A stretch of 40,000 nt of DNA from Hahella sp. HNIBRBA332 (lineage in GTDB: Bacteria; Pseudomonadota; Gammaproteobacteria; Pseudomonadales; Oleiphilaceae): NCBI RefSeq assembly GCF_030719035.1, contig NZ_CP132203.1, positions 1,454,579-1,494,578 of the forward strand, read 5' to 3'. The notes under the pieces were generated by a model. That model was not told where the DNA came from and did no database searches. It saw only the letters and a list, made by a program, of their open reading frames with translations. The position numbers and the translations under genes were made by a program. Of this stretch, positions 17,088-26,624 are shown piece after piece (position 1 is the stretch's first letter; each line of letters opens with the position of its first letter).

Positions 17088-17308
17088 GCCGGCCCGAGCG
17101 CCGGTTTTACTTCTACCTCGCCGCCAAGTTGGGCAAGACGGTTAAGGCCCTGCTGCAGGAGATCGACTCCGCCGAGCTGGCTGAGTGGATGGCTTACGAA
17201 TCCCTGGACGCCTACGCCGAGCAATTCGAACGTGAGCGCCAGAGCAGCGCAGAGCGGTCGGACGCACTTAAAAACCTCTTGTTCGGCGACGCCTGGCGCG
17301 ACGCCTAA
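16722..17308 (+). CDS. tail assembly chaperone GT (programmed -1 frameshift product)
   Basis: The -1 frame from 17081 is open to TAA at 17306-17308. It encodes ...RRFYFYLAAKLGKTVKALLQEIDSAELAEWMAY..., a gpT-like sequence. Confidence 0.65.
17075..17081 (+). promoter_or_regulatory. -1 ribosomal frameshift slippery site A AAA AAC
   Basis: X XXY YYZ heptamer in the zero frame of G (GCA AAA AAC), 4 nt before the G stop. Confidence 0.65.
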
Positions 17309-17341
17309 CCCTTCTATTTCATAATTCCTACAGGTTGGCAA

Positions 17342-19207
17342 ATGAGCCAAGAAATGATTGGCGCGTTGTCTATCGATCTGCGCCTTGCGACGGCCAAGAT
17401 CGAGGACGGGCTAAAAAGCGTCAACACCCATCTGGAGCGCACGGCGTCAGCGGCCAACAATGCCGGCAAGATGTTTTCTGTGCTGACCACTATCGCCACG
17501 GCGGGCGTGTTTGGCGGGGTCATCAAAGGCAGTCTGGACGCGGCCAATCACCTGGGCGACTTAAGCGTGCGCCTGGGCGTGAGCGTGGAAGGGTTGAGCC
17601 GTCTCGCCTACGCAGCGGAATTGTCGGGCGTATCCGCCGGCACGCTGGAAACCGGCCTGCAGCGCATGACGCGACGCATCGCCGAGGCGGCCGCCGGCAG
17701 CGGTGAAGCCATCGGCGCGATCAAAGCGCTGGGACTGTCCGCGCAGAAGCTCCAGCAACTGCGACCAGAACAGCAATTTGAAGTGCTGGCGGATGCTCTG
17801 GCGGAAGTGCCGGCGAAGTCGGACCGGGTCCGCCTCGCCATGAAACTGTTGGACTCCGAAGGTGTTGCACTATTACAGACGATGGAAGGCGGCAGCGCCG
17901 CTATTCGGGCCATGGGCGAAGAGTCCGACCGCATCGGCAATACCATCAGCACAAGCTTTGCGACCCAGGCCACCGCCGCCAATGCCGCCATAATCAAAAT
18001 GAACGCGGCGCTGACGGGCATGACCAACAACATGGCCGTGGCGTTGGGGCCGACCATCGAGCAAGTCGCCCACTTCATGGGGGATGTGCTCCCCGAGGCG
18101 GCCAAGCTGGGCGGGCAGGCGGTGCGGCTGCTCGCCGCCGGCGCGCTGGAGGTCAGCGCCAGCGTGATCGAGTTTATCCGGGTTGGAACCTACTACCTGG
18201 GCAAGCTCTCCGATGATGTGGCGAAAGTGGACGCTGAGCTTTACGCCATGCAGGAGAACCTACGCGGCGCCACGGGCGACATTTTCGCGGAGATGGAGGG
18301 GGCGAACAGGGAGACGGAAAAGTTCAAGGTGACGCTGGGCGAGAGCGTCGTCACCCTGCAGGACTACCAAGGCGTGACCGCCACCGTGGCGGACAACCTG
18401 CAACGCGTGAAGGCGGCCCAGGAGGAAGCCAACGCCGCATTGCAGCGTCAGAACGAAATACGCGGCAACGTCGAAAGCATCCGTGAATCCCTGCTGACCG
18501 AAGAGGAGGCGGAGCGGGAGTCGTACGAACGCCGACGGGACATGCTGCAGGAGGCGTTGGACGAAAGCCTGTTAACCCAAACGCAGCATATGGAGCTGTT
18601 GGGCGAACTGTCCGCGCAGCATCAAGCCACGCTCACAGCCATAGAGGAAAGAGAGAAGGGCAAGCGTAAAGCCCTGGCGGAGGCGGAGCATCAGGAGCGG
18701 GTGTCAGTCATGACCGGCATGCTGGGCAACCTCTCAACGCTCATGGATACCAAATCCAAGAAGCTGTTCGAGATCGGCAAAAAGGCGGCCATCGCCAACG
18801 CCTTAGTCTCTGGCTATGAAGCGGCGGTGCATTCCTATAACAAAGGCGCGCAAATTGGTGGCCCGATTGTGGGCGCGGCGTTCGCCGCCACGTCTGTAGT
18901 TGCTACGGCCGTGCAAATTCAAAAACTGAAGTCGCAGAAGTTTGGCGGAGGCGGAACCGTCAGCGCCGGCGGAGGAGGAGCGCCGCCCAACACCTACCAG
19001 CCGCCACAACCCACGATCCCCAGCGGGCCCGCCAGCGGCAAAGGCGAGGGCGCGCAGATCATTTTTCAGTTTAACGGCCCCGTGAATGGCGACCCCTACC
19101 TGATCGCCGACGCCATCGCGCCGCACCTGCGGGACATTGTCAGCAAGAAAGACATCGTTATTGTGGAAGCGAACAGCCGCAACGGCCAACAACTAAGAGG
19201 ACTGTAA
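17342..19207 (+). CDS. tail tape measure protein
   Basis: 621 aa. Ala/Gly-rich helical protein with a TMP-like N-terminal region. Follows G/GT. Confidence 0.9.
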   Translation: MSQEMIGALSIDLRLATAKIEDGLKSVNTHLERTASAANNAGKMFSVLTTIATAGVFGGVIKGSLDAANHLGDLSVRLGVSVEGLSRLAYAAELSGVSAGTLETGLQRMTRRIAEAAAGSGEAIGAIKALGLSAQKLQQLRPEQQFEVLADALAEVPAKSDRVRLAMKLLDSEGVALLQTMEGGSAAIRAMGEESDRIGNTISTSFATQATAANAAIIKMNAALTGMTNNMAVALGPTIEQVAHFMGDVLPEAAKLGGQAVRLLAAGALEVSASVIEFIRVGTYYLGKLSDDVAKVDAELYAMQENLRGATGDIFAEMEGANRETEKFKVTLGESVVTLQDYQGVTATVADNLQRVKAAQEEANAALQRQNEIRGNVESIRESLLTEEEAERESYERRRDMLQEALDESLLTQTQHMELLGELSAQHQATLTAIEEREKGKRKALAEAEHQERVSVMTGMLGNLSTLMDTKSKKLFEIGKKAAIANALVSGYEAAVHSYNKGAQIGGPIVGAAFAATSVVATAVQIQKLKSQKFGGGGTVSAGGGGAPPNTYQPPQPTIPSGPASGKGEGAQIIFQFNGPVNGDPYLIADAIAPHLRDIVSKKDIVIVEANSRNGQQLRGL

Positions 19208-19599
19208 TGTATATCGAGTATGTCGCGAGACGCTTTATCGCGCCCGGCCATGTCGCGGGCGGTAATTACTGGATCGATGTAAAGCTGACGCGCTGTGATT
19301 TCGATCCGCAGATTGAAGCGCAGACGACCACGGCGCTCAGTGGTAAATCGAAAACCTTGCTCCACCGTATCGATCAGACTTATGACATCGCTACGGTGTA
19401 TATGAACAAAGCGGAAGAACTGGCGGAAATGCGGGAGTTTCTGGGGTCCGTTAGCGGTGGCGAAAGCTTTATGGTTAACCTGCATGGCGACAGAGCGAGC
19501 CCGCTACAACCCGCTATGCTGGACCCGATTACCTGGAAGGAGGAGCGCTACGGCACGACGGACTATGTCCGGTATACATTTAAGCTGTGCTTGATGTAA
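19207..19599 (+). CDS. tail-associated protein of unknown role (130 aa)
   Basis: ATG overlaps the TMP stop. GC-rich phage composition. Assigned by position only. Confidence 0.4.
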   Translation: MYIEYVARRFIAPGHVAGGNYWIDVKLTRCDFDPQIEAQTTTALSGKSKTLLHRIDQTYDIATVYMNKAEELAEMREFLGSVSGGESFMVNLHGDRASPLQPAMLDPITWKEERYGTTDYVRYTFKLCLM

Positions 19600-19699
19600 G
19601 GGGGGTGTAATCTGGCAGTGTCAATGTGTGGCGTCTATATTTGTCACTTATCTACGCTGTTATGCGGAACTTTGTTTTAAATATTTGGGAGTAGAAGTA

Positions 19700-20152
19700 A
19701 TGGGCGGAGTATCAAATGTGATTTATTTTGAGCATGACAACCCTGCAGTTGCAGAGGTGCTTACCAGGATACTCGATTGGAGATTTAACGGGGATAATTC
19801 AGAAATTGAGGAAATGTTGGGCGAGTTTAACCCGAAGATCATTGATCTGATCAGGGCTCCTCATTATGGCCATAAGAACTTGGAATGGCTTGATGACTTT
19901 CCCGCCATAAAAAAGTTCGCGGATTACGAACTAAATTTTGATGAGTTGGATAAGGACTTTCGGCTTTGGCTGGATGATTTCTATAGCTACAGCGATGCGC
20001 TTGGAAATGGCAGCGTTACCAAGAAAAGGAATGGATATGAAATATTCGTAGAAAGTAATCTGTATGTTGGTCCTTTTCTGGTCGCGATTCTAAAGTTGGC
20101 TGGCGCAACTAAAGCGAAACTAAAACAAGACTCGCTTGACTGGCATGGCTAA
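19700..20152 (+). CDS. hypothetical acidic protein (150 aa) on an AT-rich moron
   Basis: Start trimmed to the ATG at 19700, which has GGGAG upstream (track start 19628 is a non-ATG extension). AT-rich, unlike its neighbours. Confidence 0.55.
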   Translation: MGGVSNVIYFEHDNPAVAEVLTRILDWRFNGDNSEIEEMLGEFNPKIIDLIRAPHYGHKNLEWLDDFPAIKKFADYELNFDELDKDFRLWLDDFYSYSDALGNGSVTKKRNGYEIFVESNLYVGPFLVAILKLAGATKAKLKQDSLDWHG

Positions 20153-20300
20153 ACGGTAGCGTTTCCAGTCGTTGATTGTCGCCTGAGCCACTCATAGTTT
20201 AATTCTCTGGATGCTGCCTTGGATGCCCTGTCCAAGGCGCCCCTCTTCATTTTCCCTCTCTTTATTCCATCTCTATATTTTGTAAGCAGGCATCTTTTCG

Positions 20301-23300
20301 ATGAGAGCAAATAATAGCGAATTCGCCTCCGCCTGGAGCGGCGAGAGCGTGTCGCCCGTCTATGTCGTCGAGCTGTCGTTCGACCGATCCAACGAGGATG
20401 TGGTGCATCTGACCAGCGGTCCCGTTTCCGGTCTGTCTGGTGTGGTCTATGATGGCGTGCTGAACGCCCGCACCTTGTCCGGCACATCGCAAAAAATCCA
20501 GCCTGATAAAGGTTTGGCGTCTATCGGCAGCCTGGAATTTGAGGCGCTGGACCACAATCTGAGCGCGCTGCAAAAAGCCAAGCTGGATGATGGCAAGGGC
20601 CTACGCGGCAAACGCGTGCGCGTCTTGGTCGGCGAGCGTGGTTTGCAGTGGCAGGACTTTGTGCTGGTGGCCACGCAGATCATCGAGGACGCCGAGTTCC
20701 TGGACGGGGTTTATTCTTTTAGTTGCGCCGATGTGCAACGCACACTGCGTAAGGATATTTTCGACGTTAAAAAAGTCGGCTTGGCGGTGTCTGCTGTGGG
20801 CAATCACGATGTGATACAAGTGTATTCCACGGAAGGGTTTGCGCCCGTCTACCAGCCGCGTGGCAGTGGCATTACCGATGCGCCTAACCAGACCGTCGGT
20901 TATCTCAAAATGCCCAACGGCTGCATCGTGCGTTACAAATACACCACCGCTACGGCCTTCTGGGGCTGCGAGTGGGGCGCGCTGGGAACCAAGCATCTGG
21001 TCGCAACCGTCAACAAATCCGAGGACACCAACGCCGACAACGCGCCGCAGGTGGAAGAATACGTCTACATCGAGCAGCCCGCGCCCATGCTGCTGTATGG
21101 ATTGCTGACCGGCTATATCTACGGCTATCCCGGCAAGCGCTACCCCGATCACTGGCACCTGGGCGTTGATCCGCAATATGTGCGCACGTCGGACTTTATC
21201 AATATTGGTTCAGACCTTTGGGATGTGACCGACGCGGATAAGGGCTTGCCGGCGGTGGTGCGCGGACAAACCAAGATCGACGGCAAGAAGTTCATCGAAG
21301 AGCAACTGCTGTTGATGATGGGCGCCTTTTCGCCCATCTACGCCAATGGGGAAATGGGGCTGCGTCGCCGCACGGCGATCATGTCCAGCGGCGCTTACGT
21401 CAGAGAACTGAACGCCAGCAACCTGTTAAAGGTGGACGCGCTACGCCACGACATGGGCGCGATCATCAATCAGATCGCTATCCACTGGCATTATGACCCG
21501 GATAAGAAGGAATACCGCCGCGCCAACGTATTGGTGGACCCGGATTCCATCGCTACCCACGGCGCGTCAGACCTGAAAGAACTGAAGTTTAAAACCCTGC
21601 ATAGCTCCAGACATGCCTATTCCGCCATCAAGCATCAGTTCGACGCTTTGCGCGACGCCTACGCCGGTCCGCCTTTGCTCCTCGATGTCGTGGCCGATAT
21701 GGACAACCACGATCTGGAAGTGGGCGACATTGTCCGCGTTAACCTGGAGCATGTGCAGGATTACACCGGATCGATGGCGGACGGACGCCTGGATCGTAAC
21801 TTCGAAATCCAGCAGATCACCACGGACTGGGTGACGGGGCGGGTTAAGCTTGCCTTGCTGGGCTCCTCGCAACCGGCGGGCGCCTTGCCGCCGGATCAGA
21901 ATGGCGCGGCGCTGCCTGACGCGTGGTACAGCTCCGCCGGCGTGGCGATCAACGCCGCCAGCTTCCCGGGCAAAGTGCTGGTCACCGATACGCAGGTGCG
22001 CATCGTTGGCGACATTAGCCTGACTGGCGGGGTGGACCTGCATCAGTCCGTTTACTACTGCGACCGGGATTTAACCGTGGACGCGGGTGTGACGGTGGTT
22101 CTGTCCGGCAACGTGCAACTGCGGGTCAAAGGCTTTCTACAGATTAATGGAATGGTGGACGGCAAAGGCCGAGGCATCGAGGGAGTCGCTGGCGGACAGT
22201 CTGTGGCGCTAACCGGTATCGGCTCCACGGTGGCGGGGGACGGGATTGTCTTCGGCCTGGGGACGGGAGACCGCCGCCGCTTTGAGTCCGCCAACAACCG
22301 AGGCGGGATCAACGCCCGCGCCGCTCGGGATAACGTCGCTTACCTTAACCTGACCGTAAATGCGCAAGGTCAACTGCAGGGCTTGCCGTCTGATATTCGC
22401 GGCAACGGCGGCCATGGCGGCGGCGCAGCCATCAACCGCTACGGCGGCAATACCGGCGAAACACCCGGCGGACGCGGTGGCGCAGGCGGCGCCGGATTGC
22501 TGGTGGTGGCGCGAGGGATCGTCCTGGGCGCCAATGGACGGGTGGACACCAGCGGCGTGGATGGCGAACTGGGCAGCCCGCGTCAGATCGGCGGGAACAT
22601 GGACCCAAAAGCCTATCTCAAATCCGGCAGCGGCGCAGGCGGCGCGCCTGGAGCGGTGTATTACCTCGTTGACGGCAAGTACAACCCGCCCAACGTCACG
22701 GTGGGCAACAGCGCGGCGCGCTATGGCCTGAGCCCGGTGCAAGACGGCGTCTACTTTATCCAGGGCCGCAAGCATCAAAATGATACCGTGGGCGCAAGCT
22801 GGGATCCGTCCTTTGAAGGTATTACTAAAGCGGTCGCCTCCGCCTACGTGGGAAACTATCTTGGTCCTGAACGCGAGAACGCCGTACGCGGTTTTCTGAC
22901 CAAGGCGACCGGGCAAGCGCCCAATATGGCGGAGTCCTGGCATCGCGTGCAGATCCTGTCCGGCTATCAACCGCCCGTTGTTATGGAAGAGGTGGCCAAT
23001 AAGCCGCTGCGAATCACTGTCACGGAGTCAGTGAACACGCCGCGCACGCCGGACGGCAATATCTCCACCCTGGAATTGAGCGCGGTCCCGCCGGACGATC
23101 CCAACTATAGCCACGCCTTTTTCCAGTATCGCCCGGCGGACGGCGCAGGCTGGACGGATTTGGGATCGGCGGCGCCGGAGCTGACGCTGCAACTGGTGAG
23201 CGATGGCAAGAAGTATTACTTCCGCGCCTTCGGTGTGAGCAAGTCGGGCAAACGCTCCGCTAACTACGCCGCCACGTCAGCCGCAGTGTCACGCATTGAG

Positions 23301-25571
23301 ATCGGCTCGCCTGACATACGCGAGGCCTTGCCCCTGGTGACGCCCAAAGTGATGTTGGTGGACCGTGGACAGGAAGCCAATCACTATCTGGGAAGAGATG
23401 CGCACTTTTATATCTACTATGGCTCTGGCTACCAAGAGCCCCCGCACTTCGCTTTCTATGAGATAACGGTTTACCACAAAGGCCTGCAGGTGCGCCGGGA
23501 GTACATACCCGGCAGGAGTTACACCTACACCAGCGAGATGAACCTGGAGGACGGCAACAGCCGAGAGATTGGCTTAAGCGTGCGCCCTTGGGGGAAACAG
23601 AACCAGACCGGGCAAGCGGCTGTTATCAGCGTGTCCAACCCGGCGCCCAAGGTCACCGTCAACAATACCGTGGCGGGGATCAGCACGGCGCGCACTTATC
23701 TGACCGACATCACTGACCCGGATTTCAAATCCATCAAGGTCTACCGGTCAACGGTGAAAGGCTTTACGCCCAGCCCGGATAACCTGGTGTATGACGGCTA
23801 CACCAACCCGGTTATCCATGAAGGCTTGCAGCCGGACACCACCTACTATTTCCGGTTGCTGGGCGCGGATGAGTTCGGCGATGGCGAACTGACGCCTGAG
23901 TTCAGCTTCAAGACGCAGCCGTTTAATCTGGCGGGCGAGCTGAGCGACGGCGACAACCTGATCGTGCGCGGCAATGTCGTTAGCGAATATAGCGGCTCAA
24001 AAGTGATCCTGGGACCGCTCAAGCGCGACGGTTATTTCAATGTGCTGGAAGCCAGCGCGGCGAATGCGCCCATATTCGAGGTCAGGGAAAACGGCGACCT
24101 TTTGCTTGGCAGCGAGCAAAGCGGCTCTTATGCAATCTGGGATCAGTCCGAAAAAGCGTTCAAGGTGTTCGGTCAGATCAACATCGCGGCGGGGAGCAAG
24201 GGCTATTCCGCCCTGCAGGATCGCCCCAGTTCGTTGTCAGCGATCAACGCAGCGGAAGCCGGTAAGTTGCAAGGCATTCAGGACGGCGCCACCAAAGGCG
24301 CGGACTGGGGGCAGGTGTCGGGCATTCCGCAACGGTTTTCCGATAGCGCTACGCCCGGTCTCAACCTGACGGCGGACTACCTTGGCTTTCATAATGGCAG
24401 CCGATTCACCACCTACATGGACCGAAACGGCCACTTCGCCCTGAACGCTGGCGCGGCGAATAACTGCCTAAGCTGGAATGGCTCCGTGCTGTCCGTGCGT
24501 GGGGATGTGTTGGCCACCAGCGTCGCGGCGAGCGTCAGTCTGAGCGCGCCGACTATTAGCGGCGGCACGATCCAAGGAACGCACATCACGGGAACCACCA
24601 TTAATGGCGGCGCTATCAACGGAACCAGTATCACCGGCGCCACGGTGACGGGCTCCACTATGCAGACCGCCAGCAGCGGCAAGCGGATGATCTTGTCCTC
24701 GGCTTCTAATGAGTTAGAGTTCTATGGAGATCGTGGCGATGGCCAAATTGCCAAGCTTGCAACGATAGGGATTAGTCAAAGAGACAGTGATCGATACATA
24801 GGAAATTTTGGAGGTATCGATGCTGGATACTCTGCAATAGGTGTTCTGGCAACCTCATACAGTAATAACGGCCTATCCGCGGCTTCAATTAAGGGGACAG
24901 GAGGCGAATTTTCATCAAGAGAAAGAACGGCTGTTAGGGGATTAACCTGGGGAGTGAATCAAGTTGGAGTTGAAGGGGCAACGCAAGGCGGGGGAGCCTC
25001 TTCAATTGGTGTGAGAGGGTATTCAACAACTGGTAGAGGTGTTCAGGGACATGGCGCGACCTATGACTTCTATGCCTCGGGTGTCGGATCAAACTACGGA
25101 CCCTTTACTGGCGGGCATGATTGCCTTATCGATAAGGCGGAGATAACAAGACAAGGCCAAGTCCTGATATATGACCGGGTTGTCGCACGAGCGAATGTCT
25201 CAAACGTTCTGCATACCGTTAGGCTGTCATCGGAACCTATGCAAAAAGGAAAAGCCGGAGTGCTTGTCTCCCGAACTGCTATGAGCAATGACGAGAAACC
25301 TGCGGCACTATTGGAGTTGAATGGGTTGGAGACTAAGTACGACATGGGGGTAATGAACGCCTTGGGCGAAGGTCAGGTTCTGGTCTGCGCAGAGCGCGGC
25401 GACATTGAGATAGGCGACTACATCGTCACCTCAAACCGACCCGGCATTGGCATGCGCCAGGATGATGACGTGCTGCGTAGCTACACCATCGCGGAGGCAC
25501 GCGAGGCGGTTAACTGGACAGAGGAGGAAAGCGACGAGAGGTTGATCTCGTGTAAGTATCTTTGTGGTTGA
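20301..25571 (+). CDS. giant tail tip / host-specificity / fibre protein (1756 aa)
   Basis: Last structural gene after the TMP. Gly-rich beta-helix-like segments, repeated Fn3-like modules, and the short repeat run GGTIQGTHITGTTINGGAINGTSITGATVTGS. The C-terminal region is compositionally distinct. Confidence 0.8.
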   Translation: MRANNSEFASAWSGESVSPVYVVELSFDRSNEDVVHLTSGPVSGLSGVVYDGVLNARTLSGTSQKIQPDKGLASIGSLEFEALDHNLSALQKAKLDDGKGLRGKRVRVLVGERGLQWQDFVLVATQIIEDAEFLDGVYSFSCADVQRTLRKDIFDVKKVGLAVSAVGNHDVIQVYSTEGFAPVYQPRGSGITDAPNQTVGYLKMPNGCIVRYKYTTATAFWGCEWGALGTKHLVATVNKSEDTNADNAPQVEEYVYIEQPAPMLLYGLLTGYIYGYPGKRYPDHWHLGVDPQYVRTSDFINIGSDLWDVTDADKGLPAVVRGQTKIDGKKFIEEQLLLMMGAFSPIYANGEMGLRRRTAIMSSGAYVRELNASNLLKVDALRHDMGAIINQIAIHWHYDPDKKEYRRANVLVDPDSIATHGASDLKELKFKTLHSSRHAYSAIKHQFDALRDAYAGPPLLLDVVADMDNHDLEVGDIVRVNLEHVQDYTGSMADGRLDRNFEIQQITTDWVTGRVKLALLGSSQPAGALPPDQNGAALPDAWYSSAGVAINAASFPGKVLVTDTQVRIVGDISLTGGVDLHQSVYYCDRDLTVDAGVTVVLSGNVQLRVKGFLQINGMVDGKGRGIEGVAGGQSVALTGIGSTVAGDGIVFGLGTGDRRRFESANNRGGINARAARDNVAYLNLTVNAQGQLQGLPSDIRGNGGHGGGAAINRYGGNTGETPGGRGGAGGAGLLVVARGIVLGANGRVDTSGVDGELGSPRQIGGNMDPKAYLKSGSGAGGAPGAVYYLVDGKYNPPNVTVGNSAARYGLSPVQDGVYFIQGRKHQNDTVGASWDPSFEGITKAVASAYVGNYLGPERENAVRGFLTKATGQAPNMAESWHRVQILSGYQPPVVMEEVANKPLRITVTESVNTPRTPDGNISTLELSAVPPDDPNYSHAFFQYRPADGAGWTDLGSAAPELTLQLVSDGKKYYFRAFGVSKSGKRSANYAATSAAVSRIEIGSPDIREALPLVTPKVMLVDRGQEANHYLGRDAHFYIYYGSGYQEPPHFAFYEITVYHKGLQVRREYIPGRSYTYTSEMNLEDGNSREIGLSVRPWGKQNQTGQAAVISVSNPAPKVTVNNTVAGISTARTYLTDITDPDFKSIKVYRSTVKGFTPSPDNLVYDGYTNPVIHEGLQPDTTYYFRLLGADEFGDGELTPEFSFKTQPFNLAGELSDGDNLIVRGNVVSEYSGSKVILGPLKRDGYFNVLEASAANAPIFEVRENGDLLLGSEQSGSYAIWDQSEKAFKVFGQINIAAGSKGYSALQDRPSSLSAINAAEAGKLQGIQDGATKGADWGQVSGIPQRFSDSATPGLNLTADYLGFHNGSRFTTYMDRNGHFALNAGAANNCLSWNGSVLSVRGDVLATSVAASVSLSAPTISGGTIQGTHITGTTINGGAINGTSITGATVTGSTMQTASSGKRMILSSASNELEFYGDRGDGQIAKLATIGISQRDSDRYIGNFGGIDAGYSAIGVLATSYSNNGLSAASIKGTGGEFSSRERTAVRGLTWGVNQVGVEGATQGGGASSIGVRGYSTTGRGVQGHGATYDFYASGVGSNYGPFTGGHDCLIDKAEITRQGQVLIYDRVVARANVSNVLHTVRLSSEPMQKGKAGVLVSRTAMSNDEKPAALLELNGLETKYDMGVMNALGEGQVLVCAERGDIEIGDYIVTSNRPGIGMRQDDDVLRSYTIAEAREAVNWTEEESDERLISCKYLCG

Positions 25572-25667
25572 GGAGGGCACTCCTCCCCACCTCTGCGCAG
25601 TTTGAGTAAATGCCGAGTTTGTGAAATTGGGGTTAGGCTCTCAGCTTCAATGGAAACTGGTTCTGGA

Positions 25668-25856
25668 AAGTGCTTTGATTCAATAAGTTGGGATCTGGCT
25701 TGTTGTGATAACGAGCCCCCAAGAAAGTGTATATGCGCACGCACGGTTTTTAGAAAATGAGATGGTTTTACTTTTCGGGGTTTTTACACTGGAATCAGTG
25801 AGCTGGAGGGGGTATCTTCGAAGTCTTGAAATTGAAGAACGCGCATGCGCGATATA
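25668..25856 (+). repeat. L-repeat copy 3, abutted by the IS; continues as GTTAGGG at 28944-28950
   Basis: Aligns to 186-390 with indels (TTCAATAA.., ACGGTTTTT..AATGAGAT.., TGGAATCA..TGGAGG..AACGCGCATGCGCGATATA). Confidence 0.6.
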
Positions 25857-25919
25857 TGATCCTACCCACCAATGATAGACACCCTGTTAAGCGAGTACAC
25901 TACGCTACAGAGGTGAACT

Positions 25920-26219
25920 ATGACCAAACAGAAAACAACAAATTCCAAATCTCGCCAACGTTATTCCGACGAGTACAAGGCGGAAGCCCTGACGCTAGCT
26001 CAACGTATCGGCGTGAGCGCCGCCGCAAGGCAATTGGGTCTGCACGAGTCACAACTTTACAATTGGCGCAGTAAAGCCCGACTGGCGCAGGATCGTGGCG
26101 AAACGGAACAGCAACTGGCCCAGGAAAACGCCCGCCTGAAGCGTCAGTTGGCTGAACAGGCGGAAGAGCTTGCCGTGTTAAAAAAAGCGGCGGCGTACTT
26201 CGCCAAAAGTGTGAAGTGA
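25920..26219 (+). CDS. IS3-family transposase OrfA
   Basis: 99 aa, 3 substitutions relative to copy 1. A7 slippery run at 26180-26186. Confidence 0.9.
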   Translation: MTKQKTTNSKSRQRYSDEYKAEALTLAQRIGVSAAARQLGLHESQLYNWRSKARLAQDRGETEQQLAQENARLKRQLAEQAEELAVLKKAAAYFAKSVK

Positions 26220-26624
26220 GGTACGCCTTTATGCACTCTCACACGAGCCTTTTCCGCGTCACTTGCATGGCGAGAGCGCTTCAGGTCTCAAGAAGCGGCT
26301 ACTACGTTTGGCTCCATCGACAGAAAGCCCCTTCTCTGCGACGACAGCGTCAGCAATCCCTGGACATCCAAGTTGGGGCCGCTTTTGATAAAGCTAAAAA
26401 GCGTAATGGGGCGCCCCGGCTGACCAAAGACTTGGCGCAACAGGGAGTCCAGGCTAACCGTAAAACGGTGGCCAGAAGCATGCAACGCTTGGGCTTGAGA
26501 GCGAAAGCCGCCAGAAAGTTTAAGGCCACCACTCACTCCAGGCATAGCCTGCCTGTGGCGGAAAACCTTCTTCAGCAGGACTTTAATGCAACGGAGATAA
26601 ATCAAAAATGGGCGGGTGACATCA
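26216..26624 (+). pseudogene. IS3 orfB, 5' exon (interrupted by the intron)
   Basis: Identical to the copy 1 OrfB protein through ...NQKWAGDI. The reading frame then runs into intron sequence. Confidence 0.85.

Noticed and set aside
19629-19642. TGGCGTCTATATTT as the R' end of an attC at the left junction of the tail-region moron
   Set aside because: TCTATATTTGT is repeated at the right junction (20272-20283). It is more simply phage intergenic sequence duplicated or used as microhomology. The better attC-like core is GTTATGC at 19659-19665.
20149-20487. Minus-strand 112-aa Arg-rich ORF spanning the start of the tail fibre gene
   Set aside because: The upstream two-thirds is antisense shadow of the GC-rich fibre gene. 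Only the last 33 codons (20250-20149) have an SD and ATG, and they are mentioned as a low-confidence small ORF.
9878-25345. Many long minus-strand and alternative-frame ORFs across the phage block (for example 10757-11281, 12607-13251, 17608-18105, 20601-21176, 21567-22043, 22209-22970)
   Set aside because: They are shadow ORFs typical of GC-rich coding DNA. They overlap well-supported plus-strand structural genes, are Arg/Ala/Pro-rich, and lack start contexts.
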